Shown piece after piece: positions 35,561 to 48,400 of a stretch of 64,000 bases of DNA (positions are counted from its first letter, which is position 1; the number at the start of each line of letters is the position of its first letter). A program made the position numbers and the translations under genes. The DNA comes from Macrostomum lignano (taxonomy: Eukaryota), in assembly GCA_002269645.1 (NCBI GenBank), contig NIVC01000755.1, forward strand, positions 62,001 to 126,000, given 5' to 3'. The notes under the pieces were generated by a model. The model saw nothing but the letters and a program-made list of their open reading frames with translations, did not search any database and had not been told where the DNA came from.

Positions 35561-35659
35561 AGCATTAATCCCATATTTTCTCTAGGACAGCTGCGATTCA
35601 ATAAATAGAAACTGAACCTTTTCATCTTTCGAGACTTAAATTTATCCCGATTGAGTGAG

Positions 35660-38600
35660 GAGGGACTCAATTCCCCGGTTGGATAGGGAGGGACTGAATT
35701 CTCCGGTTGGATAGGGAGGGACTAAATTCCCCGGTTGGATAGGGAGGGACTAAATTCCCCGGTTGGATAGGGAGGGACTGAATTCCCCGGTTGGATAGGG
35801 AGGGACTAAATTCCCCGGTTGGATAGGGAGGGACTGAATTCCCCGGTTGGATAGGGAGGGACTAAATTCCCCGGTTGGATAGGGAGGGACTGAATTCCCC
35901 GGTTGGATAGGGAGGGACTTAATTCTCCGGTTGGATAGGGAGGGACTGAATTCCCCGGTTGGATAGGGAGGGACTTAATTCTCCGGTTGGATAGGGAGGG
36001 ACTGAATTCCCCGGTTGGATAGGGGGGGACTGAATTTCCCGGTTGGATAGGGGGGGACTGAATTCCCCGGTTGGATAGGGAGGGACTGAATTCCCCGGTT
36101 GGATAGGGAGGGACTGAATTCCCCGTTTGGATAGGGAGGGACTGAATTCCCCGGTTGGATAGGGAGGGACTTAATTCTCCGGTTGGATAGGGAGGGACTG
36201 AATTCCCCGATTGGATAGGGAGGGACTGAATTCCCCGGTTGGATAGGGGGGGACTGAATTCCCCGATTGGATAGGGAGGGACTGAATTCCCCGGTTGGAT
36301 AGGGAGGGACTGAATTCCCCGGTTGGATAGGGAGGGACTGAATTCCCCGGTTGGATAGGGAGGGACTGAATTCCCCGGTTGGATAGGGAGGGACTGAATT
36401 CCCCGGTTGGATAGGGAGGGACTGAATTCCCCGGTTGGATAGGGAGGGACTGAATTCCCCGGTTGGAAAGGGAGGGACTGAATTCCCCAGTTGAATAAGG
36501 AGGGACTGAATTCTCCGGTTGGATAGGGAGGGACTGAATTCTCCGTTTGGATAGGGAGGGACTGAATTCCCCGGTTGGATAGGAAGGGACTGAATTCCCC
36601 GGTTGGATAGGGAGGGACTGAATTCCCCGGTTGGATAGGAAGGGACTGAATTCCCCGGTTGGATAGGAAGGGACTGAATTCCCCAGTTGAATAAGGAGGG
36701 ACTGAATTCCCCGGTTGGAAAGGGAGGGACTGAATTCCCCAGTTGAATAAGGAGGGACTGAATTCCCCGGTTGGAAAGGGAGGGACTGAATTCCCCGGTT
36801 GGATAGGGAGGGACTGAATTCCCCGGTTGGAAAGGGAGGGACTGAATTCCCCAGTTGAATAAGAAGGGACTGAATTCTCCGGTTGGATAGGGAGGGACTG
36901 AATTCCCTCAACAACTGCCAGCCGGAAAACTGCCAGCCGACAATTGCCAGCCGACAACAGGCAGCCGGAAAACTGCCAGCCGACAATTGCCAGCCGACAA
37001 CTGCCAGCCGACAACTGCCAGTCGACAACTGCCAGCCGACAACTGCTAGCCGACAACTGCCATCCGACAACTGCCAGACGACAACTGCCAGCCGAGAAAA
37101 CTGCCAGTCGACAATTGCCAGCCGACAATTGCCAGCCGAGAAAACTGCCAGTCGACAACTGCCAGCCGACAATTGCCAGCCGAGAAAACTGCCAGCCGAA
37201 AACTGCCAGCCGACAATTGCCAGCCGAGAAAACTGCCAGCCGAAAACTGCCAGCCGACAATTGCCAGCCGAGAAAACTTACAGCGAGAAAAACGCTAGAT
37301 GTACGCCAGACAAAGCGTTTGTACGCCGGAATTTTCCGGCGTATACTACACCTTCCGCAATATGGCATTCAGGATCTAGCTAGAAAGTAGACAGCTTTGT
37401 TTACTGTTTAATAAATCAGTTAATTATTCAGCAAAAACAGGTTGCCATTGCATTGTTACAGAAATCAGTTAGCCTAGCTACAAGTTGTTTTGTTTTATCG
37501 CCATCAAAAGTTCGTAAGCTTGTGCGGCATGTGCGCGAATCAGAGCTGGCAACTTTCGGCTCCTGCACGAACATCTTAGTTCAAATTTTGTATTTTAGGT
37601 AGCCTTTGCTCTTTCTTTGAAAGCTTTATTTAAGTAAAGTAATTTACTAGACTTATCTAGGATTGCGTCATATAGCAATTGCAATCGCAAATTAAATAAT
37701 AAAGTAAATGAACTTTCAATACAAAAATATTTACAATAGGCATTACAGAATAGAATGCCTTCTTCACATATACACTTCTAATGGAAATCTGAAAAGATTA
37801 CGAAAGGGAAGGGCGACATTTAATGCTACTCCACAAGCCTTTTGCTAGCCAAACAGTTTCGTGCTTTTTACTTAGCTAATAAGTAGGCTACAGTAGATTC
37901 AATTAGCTAGAACTTGTCGGCTGGCAGTTGTCGACTGGCAGTTTTCTCGGCTGGCAATTGTCGGCTGGCAGTTGTCGACTGGCAGTTGTCGGCTGGCAGT
38001 TGTCGGCTGGCAGTTGTCGGCTGGCAGTTTTCGGCTGGCAGTTTTCTCGGCTGGCAATTGTCGGCTGGCAGTTTTCGGCTGGCAGTTTTCGGCTGGCAGT
38101 TTTCGGCTGGCAGTTTTCTCGGCTGGCAATTGTCGGCTGGCAGTTGTCGACTGGCAGTTGTCGGCTGGCAGTTGTCGGCTGGCAGTTGTCGGCTGGCAGT
38201 TTTCCGGCTGGCAGTTGTCGGCTGGCAGTTGGGGTGCTCCCTAAATTCCCCCGGTTAAATAGGGAGGGACTAAATTCCCCCCCGTTAAATAGGGAGGGAC
38301 TAAATTCCCTCGGTTAAATAGGAGGGACTAAATTTCCCCCGTTAAATAGGGAGGGGCTAAATTCCCTCGGTTAAATAGGAGGGACTAAATTTCCCCCGTT
38401 AAATAGGGAGGGGCTAAATTCCCTCGGTTAAATAGGAGGGACTAAATTTCCCCCGTTAAATAGGGAGGGGCTAAATTCCCTCGGTTAAATAGGAGGGACT
38501 AAATTTCCCCCGTTAAATAGGGAGGGGCTAAATTCCCTCGGTTAAATAGGAGGGACTAAATTTCCCCCGTTAAATAGGGAGGGGCTAAATTCCCTCGGTT

Positions 38601-39025
38601 AAATAGGAGGGACTTAATTTCCCCCGTTAAATAGGGAGGGACTAAATTCCCCGGGTGGATAGGGAGGGACTAAATTCCCCCTGGTTGGATAGGGAGGGAC
38701 TAAATTCCCCGGTTGGATAGGGAGGGACTAAATTCCCCGGTTGGATAGGGAGGGACTAAATTCCCCCGGTTGGATAGGGAGGGACTAAATTCCCCCCGGT
38801 TGGATAGGGAGGGACTAAATTATCCGGTTGGATAGGGAGGGTCTAAATTCCCCCGGTTGGATAGGGAGGGACTAAATTCCCCCCGGTTAAATAGGGAGGG
38901 ACTAAATTCTCCGGTTGGATAGGGAGGGACTGAATTCCCCGGTTGGATAGGGAGGGACTAAATTCCCCCGGTTGGATAGGGAGGGACTAAATTCCCCGGG
39001 TGGATAGGGAGGGACTGAATACCCC
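35660..39025. repeat. 28-bp minisatellite (GGATAGGGAGGGACT[GA]AATTCCCCGGTT)n, split into 35660-36908 and ~38240-39025
   Basis: Same unit in the same orientation on both sides of a foldback-like insert. Confidence 0.95.
36909..38240. mobile_element. Foldback-like non-autonomous element: inverted arms made of ~13-14-bp tandem repeats around a ~630-bp unique core
   Basis: Left arm (AACTGCCAGCCGAC)n 36909-37277; right arm is its reverse complement (GTCGGCTGGCAGTT)n 37914-38230. No clear TSD. Confidence 0.65.
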
Positions 39026-39482
39026 GGTCGGGTAAGGATTTTCTCTGTAAAATTTCTTCCCCAAAAGAATAAAAAAATCTCAACATAAAATACCGATGCA
39101 TCGGAGATATACATGTGCGCAGCTTCTCTAGAAGGGGAGTAGTTTTGCTTCATCTAGCGGCAATCGCTCACCTGAGTACGACCGTATAACTGCCATGACC
39201 TCGCTCCCCTCCTTAACTGAACTGAATGCAAGAGTTTCCCTTCTGAAACTTCCTTTATACATAATTAATGTCAATACTATACATAATACATATTACTAGC
39301 GTATTGCTTAAGTGAGAAACTTCCTATCAGTCATTTTCGCATGGCAACCAGCCATAGACTGTTATTTTATTACACGTAGGCGATTTGCTCACCTATACAC
39401 ACCGAGAGGCAATAAATCTTCTAAGCCTTTAGCCGCATCATTTGAGTCGTTAATCAGTGAACGCTTAGCAGAAATCAGCGCC

Positions 39483-40951
39483 ATGGAGGAGCCGCCATAT
39501 CTGGCTTACGCACCCCTGGCTCGACTCTGGCAGGATGAGCGGGCAGACGAGGCCGAGCTTGTTGTGGGAAAAACTCGAGAACAGAGGCAGATGGAGCTGC
39601 TTAGACAGACTGCGTTTGACATGCACATGACTACAGCCTGCTCACTGCTGGCTCTGATGCTTATTAATGCCGTGTTGGCCTGCCTGTGCACCGGTGAGTT
39701 CTAGTGACATCTGCTGACAGCCGCTCACTCACTCACTCACTCACTCACTCACTCACTCACTCACTCACTGTCACGGTCACTCTCTGGCTTTCACTCACTC
39801 ATGACTCACTCTCACGGTCACTCTCTGGCTTTCACACACTCATGACTCACTCTCACGGTCACTCTCTGGCTTTCACTCACTTATGACTCACTCTCACGGT
39901 CACTCTCTGGCTTTCACATACTCACTCTCACGGTCACTCTCTGGCGTTCACACACTCACTCTCACGGTCACTCTCTGGCTTTCGCACACTCAAGACTCAC
40001 TCTCACGGTCACTCTTTGTCTTTGATACACTCACTCTCATGGTCACTCTCTGGCTTTCACACACTCCTTCATGGTCACTCTCTGGCTTTCACACACTCCT
40101 TTATGGTCACTCTCTTGCTTTCACTCACTCACTCTCATGGTCAGTCTCTGGCTGTGACTTTCTTAGTCATGTTTTCAGTCCATCTGCACTGATCGTCTCC
40201 TTTTACTCTGTTTCCTCTCCCTCTCTGTCCAGTTCAATCTTGTTATTCTTATCTGTCTCCCTTGCTGCCTTCTGATTGGCTCTTCAATCTCGCCTAGCTC
40301 TTTCCTTAGTCGCGCACTCCACCCCTCGGGCCCTCCTTATCTTATCTTCACTCAAACCCCACCCCTTAGTTAATAACTTAAGTGTACCCATGAGCCGCAT
40401 TGATATTCTTTAGACTATGTATATGGCTTTCCCCATGGAAAAAAGAATAGAATGGAGTGCTAATCTGAGCCAGTTATTTTTATCTCGCTCGATTTTCGCT
40501 TTTAACATCCCTTTCCCCTCGTTCCTTCCTATTGGCTGAAAGCATCGAGCGTATTTTGATGCGAGCTCATACTATGCTGGGACAGACCTTTCAGAGGGGA
40601 ACGAAAACGAAAACGAGACGAAAAATACTTTGTCTATGGCAGTCACGAGCCAATAGGAAAGAACGGGGGGAAAGGGATGTTAAAAGTTAAGATCGAGCGA
40701 GATAAAAATAACTGGCTCAGATTAGCACTCCATTCTATTCTTTCCTCCATGGCTTTCCCTCACTCACTCTTACTTATACTGCAGGCATTTCAATGTACAA
40801 AGTGAAGTTTGGCAACAATCCAATTCAGCTGATGTTAAACAAGCTGGGCTATTCGTTAATCATGACTGGCTTAGCCTGCGGATCTGTGCTGGTGCTCACT
40901 TTCATTCTGGTTTCGAATCGATCGAACCGGCCTTCCGACAATGATAATTAA
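39483..40951 (+). CDS. Orphan 125-aa two-transmembrane protein, 2 exons
   Basis: Exon 39483-39693 (phase-1 G|GTGAGT) joins exon 40785-40951 (CTGCAG|GC) in frame: ...TTACSLLALMLINAVLACLCTGISMYKVKFGNNPIQLMLNKLGYSLIMTGLACGSVLVLTFILVSNRSNRPSDNDN*. Confidence 0.7.
39720..40140. repeat. (TCAC)n / degenerate CTCACGGTCACTCTCTGGCTTTCA intronic repeat
   Basis: Directly visible. Confidence 0.9.
40433..40752. mobile_element. 320-bp MITE with long terminal inverted repeats and a 6-bp TSD (CTTTCC)
   Basis: The left end CCATGGAAAAAAGAATAGAATGGAGTGCTAATCTGAGCCAGTTATTTTTATCTCGCTCGAT is mirrored at the right end, and imperfect symmetry continues to over 100 bp. CTTTCC lies at 40427-32 and 40753-58. Confidence 0.88.
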
Positions 40952-41149
40952 ATTGAATGTAGATTAACTGATTCGAATATTTTATACTGTTCTATAATGT
41001 TTAAAGTTTAAAAATGTTTCAACGGTATAAACAGGTTGTTTGTTTTAAATTTCTAACAAATTAGACTTCTAAACAAATTTAGAAGTTTGTTTTTTTCAGT
41101 TTTTCTGTCTGCATTATTTTTTGTGCCGTTTGACACAGAACTTCTAGAC

Positions 41150-41670
41150 GTCTGACACTTTTTATGGGTGTCTGACATTAAATATGGGAGCTATCTGACA
41201 CTAAATTTGGGGGCGTCTGACACTAAATATGGGAGCTATCTGACACTAAATTTGGGGGTGTCTGACACTAAATATGGGAGCTATCTGACACTAAATTTGG
41301 GGGTGTCTGACACGAAGTATTGTGACTATCTAGCACTAAATTTGGGGTGTCTGACACTAAATTTGGGGTGTCTGACACTAAATATGGGGGCTATCTAACG
41401 CTAACTTCGGATGCTATCTGACACTAAATTTGCCTTTCTGTCTGACACAAATTTTGTGGGCTATCTGACAGAAAATTTAGGTGCTATCTGACACTAAATT
41501 TAGGGTCTATCTGACACTAAATGCGGACGCTATCTGACATTTAATCGTGTCTATTAATTGTAGGGGCCACCTGACATTAAGTGTCGGGGTTATCTGATAC
41601 TAAATACACAGTTATCTGACACTTAACTAAGCAATCTGTCATAATATTTTGCTCTATATCTGACACTAAG
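41150..41670. repeat. Degenerate TCTGACACTAAAT-core minisatellite
   Basis: Directly visible, decaying toward its edges. Confidence 0.85.
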
Positions 41671-42094
41671 GCCTCCTTCTCTAAGTTCTATACTTTTCAC
41701 AACTTTATATAGCTACTCAAAGAAACTCAATACTAGCTCGTAACAAATTATTGCAATGAGCCTCAATACCTACAGACAGAAATATTGCACCATTTGGTCC
41801 AAATTAAGAATGCATATATCGATATCGAATTTCACACAAATCACCTGCATGCATTGAGTTGTCCTGTTTAAATAAACACCTAACTATGTGTATACAAGCT
41901 CCACCGATAAAGAAATAGGAATACAGGAAGTTGGTCTGAAACTGGATATGTACCACCCATGCTGTACAGCGCAGCCTTCTTAAACCAAACCATTTGTTTT
42001 AATCACACTCCTGAAACCTTCTTGCACACGATTGCTTTTCACTTTCTCCGCGAGAGACCTTCGGTACTACGGAAGGTAAGTTGTCTCCAATTGG

Positions 42095-42775
42095 TCTCTA
42101 ACAGTTTGCATCTGCCCGTATCTAACAGTTTGCATCTGCCCGTGTCTAACAGTTTGCATCTGCCCCTGGTGTCTAACAGTTTGTATCTGCCCGTGTCTAA
42201 CAGTTTGCATCAGCCCGTGGTGTCTAACCGTTTGTATCTAACCGTGTCTAACAGTTTGCATCTGCCAGTGTCTAACAGTTTGTATCTGCCCGTGTCTAAC
42301 AGTTTGCATCAGCCCGTGGTGTCTAACCGTTTGTATCTAACCGTGTCTAACAGTTTGCATCTGCCAGTGTCTAACAGTTTGCATCTGCCCCTGGTGTCTA
42401 ACAGTTTGTATCTGCCCGTGTCTAACAGTTTGCATCAGCCCGTGGTGTCTAACCGTTTGTATCTAACCGTGTCTAACAGTTTGCATCTGCCAGTGTCTAA
42501 CAGTTTGTATCTGCCCGTGTCTGACAGTTTGCATCTGCCCGTGGTGTCTAACAGTTTGCATCTGCCCATGGTGTCTAACAGTTTGTATCTGCCCGTGGTG
42601 TCTAACAGTTTGTATCTGCCCGTGGTGTCTAACAGTTTGTATCTGCCCGTGGTGTCTAACAGTTTGTATCTGCCCGTGGTGTCTAACAGTTTGTATCTGC
42701 CCGTGGTGTCTAACAGTTTGTATCTGCCCGTGGTGTCTAACAGTTTGTATCTGCCCGTGGTGTCTAACAGTTTTT
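42095..42775. repeat. 24/27-bp minisatellite (GTGTCTAACAGTTTG[CT]ATCTGCCC[GTG])n in a probable 5'UTR intron
   Basis: Lies between donor AAG|GTAAGT (42075/42076) and acceptors at 42783 or 42796. Confidence 0.94.
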
Positions 42776-42868
42776 ACCTCCAGTTTTGCAATCCAGTTTA
42801 GACATCCTTGATGCAGCAACACAGCCATAAACACACAAACTGCGCCAACACACACAAGGCTCGCGACC

Positions 42869-43147
42869 ATGCCCGAAAATTCGATGGAATCAATCGATGA
42901 AATCTGCGACCTAATCAAAACTCGAGTCAAATTAACTGGCCTACACGTCTGGCTCATACTGGCGGCTGTTGCAATCTCCGTGCTGCTCAATCTCTGCCTC
43001 GCCATCCTGACAACTCATCTGTGTTTAACTAACCGGCGCTTGAACAGAAGCGGCGTGTACAAGGCTAATCCGTCCAGCGGTCGGCTGGTGTTTGACAACT
43101 GCACCCGAGTGAGCTGGATGGGAGAAATTCCCAACTGCTCTCGGTGA
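42869..43147 (+). CDS. Orphan 92-aa single-pass membrane protein
   Basis: ATG ORF after a plausible spliced 5'UTR; TM-like LHVWLILAAVAISVLLNLCLAILTTHLCL followed by basic NRRLNR. Confidence 0.55.
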   Translation: MPENSMESIDEICDLIKTRVKLTGLHVWLILAAVAISVLLNLCLAILTTHLCLTNRRLNRSGVYKANPSSGRLVFDNCTRVSWMGEIPNCSR

Positions 43148-43519
43148 CGAACTGCAAGCCAAAAACGGCTGTTGCTGCTGCTGCTACTCCTCTCGGAAAA
43201 TGATAGTCGAAAATCAGCGATTTGAAGACTGAAAACTAATCTTTAACTCTCTCGCTGACAGCTAAAGCAGAATGAAGTTACTTACTCTCGCAAAATTTCC
43301 CGCATAATGTATTAGTAAGATAAGAAGTTTTCGCGTTTTTTTCTTAGCACTTAATTCCTAAGATCGCACGCACCTTGTGGACTCCGAATAAAAAAACGAG
43401 TTTGGATTTTGCACAGCGACAAGGAAGAAAATTTCCGGCGAAATTTCAGCAGTTCCAACTTGCAGAGGTGAACAACAACATGCTATTTGTGTAGGCGTAC
43501 GAGCTATAATGTACAGTTA

Positions 43520-44045
43520 TAGCCAGCGCCATTGAGAATGTACATGCACACGCCAGCTTTAGGCTGGAACACCGCGGGGGCTAAGGCAATAATAATGGGG
43601 TGGTGGGCCTAGCCAGCGCGATTGAGAATGTACACATGCCAGCTTTAGGTTGGAACACCGCGGGGGCTAAGGCAAAAATAATGGGGTGGTGGGCCTAGCC
43701 AACGCCATTGAGAATGTACACATGCCAGCTTTAGACTGGAACACCGCGGGGGCTAAGGCAAAAATAATGGGGTGGTGGGCCTAGCCAACGCCATTGAGAA
43801 TGTACACATGCCAGCTTTAGGCTGGAACACCGCGGGGGCTAAGGCAAAAATAATGGGGTGGTGGGCCTAGCCAACGCCATTGAGAATGTACACATGCCAG
43901 CTTTAGACTGGAACACCGCGGGGGCTAAGGCAATAATAATGGGGTGGTGGGCCTAGCCAACGCCATTGAGAATGTACACATGCCAGCTTTAGACTGGAAC
44001 ACCGCGGGGGCTAAGGCAAAAATAATGGGGTGGTGCGTGGGCCAA
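43520..44045. repeat. 86-bp tandem repeat, ~6 copies
   Basis: ATTGAGAATG recurs at 43531, 43621, 43707, 43793, 43879 and 43965. Confidence 0.94.
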
Positions 44046-44984
44046 GGCTGAACAGGGCCTATATTGAGTTGCAGTCTAAAATACTCAATTTTTGTTCTGT
44101 TCTAAAATTATGTAGAGATATAGTTTTGTAGAGATGTAGATTACTCTCTCGTTCAGCGTACTTTCGCTGTTTGCATTAATTAATTAACGTTAATTTAATG
44201 ATGTTTTACGGCTCGTACCAATAGTTTTAGCAATAGCGTCATTTTACTTTAGTTGCATGCAATGGTAAAAAAACTTGCACATCATCAAGATTACATATAC
44301 AGATATGATCCAATCACAATTGCTTCAGTCATATTGATCATTCATATCATCAATAATATATCAAATTAGTGACTATGAAATAACTGACCCATAAAATCGT
44401 GAATATTATTAGTAATAAAATGTAACACACTTCTGCAGAGTTAACAACAGGTGCGCCGTAAAATGATACGGTGTAGCACACACAATCAAGTATATTTTGC
44501 TATATAATAGGACCAATGCATGTACCAGTACACAAGCACATCTTGCTAGTGTCCACGGGAAAAATCCTATCAAAATTCCAAATTTTAGCAGTAAACTTAA
44601 CCTAGTCAGGAATGTTATTGATTTAGTATTGTAAAAACATTTCATATTTACACAGCATAAAAGTAATAGTTAATGATAGCTAATAGATTAAAATAGTACA
44701 AATAGTTGACAGAAGAAGTTCGCGATCATTGGAATTGTGTCAGTTAGGCAATTATATTAAAGGAATGTATGTTACGTTTGAAAACACGGACCTTAATATA
44801 AATAGTCACTTTAGCAGCAGAGGCGGACATTGCAACACAATGGTAGAAATATGTTTATTTCAGTTCGATCAATTGATTGTTAGTAAAAACTTCTTGTACA
44901 CACGCATGAAATTATATAAAAAAATGTTATCAACGTTTTAACAACTATCAATAGCAGCTCACTTTTACATTGACTGGGTGATGC

Positions 44985-45392
44985 AGTGTCTGTCCAAGTG
45001 TTTGTCCTAGTGAGTGTCTTAGTGTCTGTCCAAGTGTCTGTCTTAGTGTCTGTCTTAGTGTCTGTCTTGATGCCTGTCCTAGTGTCCTACTGCCTTAGTG
45101 CCTGTCCTAGTGTCTGCTTAAGTGTCTGTCCTAGCGAGTGTCCTAGTGTCTGTCCTAGTGCCTGTCCTAGTTTTTGTCCTAGTGTTTGTCCTAGTGCCTG
45201 TCCTAGTGCCTGTCCTAGTGCCTGTCCTAGTGCCTGTCCTAGTGTCTGTCCTAGTGCCTGTCCTAGTGCCTGTCCTAGTGCCTGTCCTAGTGTCTGTCCT
45301 AGTGCCTGTTCTAGTGCCTGTCCTAGTGTCTGTCCTAGTGCCTGTCCTAGTGTTTGTCCTAGTGTTTGTCCTAGTGTCTGTCCTAGTGCTTG
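44985..45392. repeat. 12-bp repeat (GTG[CT]CTGTCCTA)n
   Basis: Directly visible; lies 3' of the Ig gene stop. Confidence 0.93.
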
Positions 45393-45483
45393 TCATTACG
45401 GAACGCAGGTCATCAGCACAGCCAGTTTAATGCATGCAAACAACCTCAGTCTTGTCAATCAACAGTTGAAGGCTGAACACTGG

Positions 45484-48400
45484 TTAGTGAAACTTTGCTA
45501 GCAAAATCTGAACGATAATCAGCAGAGCAGCGGGCGCTGCAACCGAAGCCGGGGTGGCGATGTTCCGACTCGAACCTGAGCAGATGGCCGCGCCAGTTCG
45601 GCCGGGGACGGGCGTGTCCGAAGCTGCAGTTTTTTATGGCAACGGTTATTAAGGCTTAATTAATTTATGGCCACGTAGAATAAGACTTTATTGCACGGAC
45701 TATATAAATAAGGGTCTTCGATTCTTAGGTTGGATTAGTGTCATATCTCAGGGTGGATTAGTGTCATATCTCAGGGTGGATTAGTGTCATATCTCAGGGT
45801 GGATTAGTGTCATATCTCAGGGTGGATTAGTGTCATATCTCAGGGTGGATTAGTGTCATATCTCAGGGTGGATTAGTGTCATATCTCAGGGTGGATTAGT
45901 GCCATATCTCAGGGATGGATTAGTGTCATATCTCAGGGTGGATTAGTGCCATATCTCAGGGATGGATTAGTGTCATATCTCAGTGATGGATTAGTGTCAT
46001 ATCTCAGGGTGGATTAGTGTCATATCTCAGGGATGGATTAGTGTCATATCTCAGGGTGGATTAGTGTCATATCTCAGGGATGGATTAGTGTCATATCTCA
46101 GGGTGGATTAGTGCCATATCTCAGGGTGGATTAGTGTCATATCTCAGGGTGGATTAGTGTCATATCTCAGGGTGGATTAGTGTCATATCTCAGGGTGGAT
46201 TAGTGTCATATCTCAGGGTGGATTAGTGCCATATCTCAGGGTGTATTAGTGCCATATCTCAGGGTGGATTAATGCCGTATCTCAGGGATGGATTAGTGCC
46301 GTATCTCAGGGATGGATTAGTGTCGTATCTCAGGGATGGATTAGTGCCATATCTCAGAGATTGATTAGTGCCATATCTTAGGATGGATTAGTGTCATATC
46401 TCAGGGATGGGTTAGTGCCATATCTCAGAGATGGATTAGTGCCATATCTTAGGATGGATTAGTGTCATATCTCAGGGATGGGTTAGTGCCATATCTCAGA
46501 GATTGATTAGTGCCATATCTTAGGATGGATTAGTGTCATATCTCAGGGATGGGTTAGTGCCATATCTCAGAGATGGATTAGTGCCATATCTTAGGGTGGA
46601 TTAGTGCCGTATCTCAGGGATGGATTAGTGCCATATCTCAGGGTGGATTAGTGTCATATCTCAGGGTGGATTAGTGCCGTATCTCAGGGATGGATTAGTG
46701 CCATATCTCAGGGATGAATTAGTGCAATATCCCAGAGATTGATTAGTGCCGTATCTTAGGATGGATTAGTGTCATATCTCAGAGATGGATTAGTGCCATA
46801 TCTTAGGATAGATTAGTGTCATGTCTCAGGGATGGATTAGTGCCATATCTCAGAGATGGATTAGTGCCATATCTTAGGATAGATTAGTGTCATATCTCAG
46901 GGATGGATTAGTGTCATATCTCAGGGTGGATTAGGCCATATCTCAGGGTGGATTAGTGCCATCTTAGGGTCAATTAGCTGCGATTCTCAAATAATACTAA
47001 CAACAAAAATCGAAATCTCACCAGTCACTTGAATAGTGGCGCTACCAGTGCCATCCTTAACGGTGTTCATAGCGGAGCAGGTGTAGGTACCCACGTGTGA
47101 TGATTCGAACGGGTAGATGAAGATAGACAGGTAGATGGTGGAGTCAGCGCCTCGCATGTGAAACAGGCGGACACTGAAAAAAGTACGATTGAAATGAACA
47201 AATCAATTCTATAGTAGATAGCTATGTTCGGCAATCTCCACCTTTAGGAAAGATTGGATTCGAAATATGAGAATGATTGAATTCAAAATTTCACCCTATA
47301 AGAGTGACCGAATTCAAAATCTCACCCTATAGGAATGATAGAATTCAAAATCTCTCCTTATAAGAATAATAGAATTCAAAATCTCACCCTATAAGAATGA
47401 CAGAATTCAAAATCTCACCCTATAAGAATGACAGAATTCAAAATCTCACCCTATAAGAATGATAGAATTCAAAATCTCACCCTATAGAAATGACAGAATT
47501 CAAAATCTCACCCTATAAGAATGACAGAATTCAAAATCTCTCCTTATAAGAATGACAGAATTCCAAATCTCATTCTATAAGAATAATAGAATTCAAAATC
47601 TCACCCTATAAGAATGACAGAATTCAAAATCTCACCCTATAAGAATGACAGAATTCAAAATCTCACCCTATAAGAATGACAGAATTCAAAATCTCACCCT
47701 ATAAGAATGACAGAATTCAAAATCTCACCCTATAAGAATGACAGAATTCAAAATCTCACCCTATAAGAATGACAGAATTCAAAATCTCACCCTATAAGAA
47801 TGACAGAATTCAAAATCTCACCCTATAGAAATGACAGAATTCAAAATCTCACCCTATAAGAATGACAGAATTCAAAATCTCACCCTATAAGAATGACAGA
47901 ATTCAAAATCTCACCCTATAGGAATGACAGAATTCAAAATCTCTCCTTATAAGAATGACAGAATTTCAAATCTCATTCTATAAGAATGATAGAATTCAAA
48001 ATCTCACTGCTATAGGAATGGCAGAATTCAAAATATCATTCATATAAAAAGACAGAATTAAAAATCTCATCCCCTCTCACCCGTTCGAGCCATCCTTGAG
48101 AGTTTCGCCTCCCTTAGTAACCGTGATGGCGCCCTGCGCAGGCTCCGGGTTGGCCTCAACAACGCACAGCAATTCGAGAGTACATCCGAATTTCTGACTG
48201 GCCCTGGCGCCGTTTTCAAAACTGACAGCGGGCTTGAAGTTCACGCTGAGCCGCACGGGCCATTGGCTGGATCCGATTCGGTTAATAGCGTTGCAGATGT
48301 ACGTGCCGCGATCCGAGGCCTGTAAGTGCCGAATATAATAATCAATTAGCTTGTCTGACTGCCTACTGGAAGTAGCCAAGTTAAGAAGCTCCTTTCTGCT

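Noticed and set aside
39165-39196. Minus-strand mini-exon MAVIRSYS with a G|GTGAGC donor
   Set aside because: No compatible downstream coding exon found before the NPF promoter.
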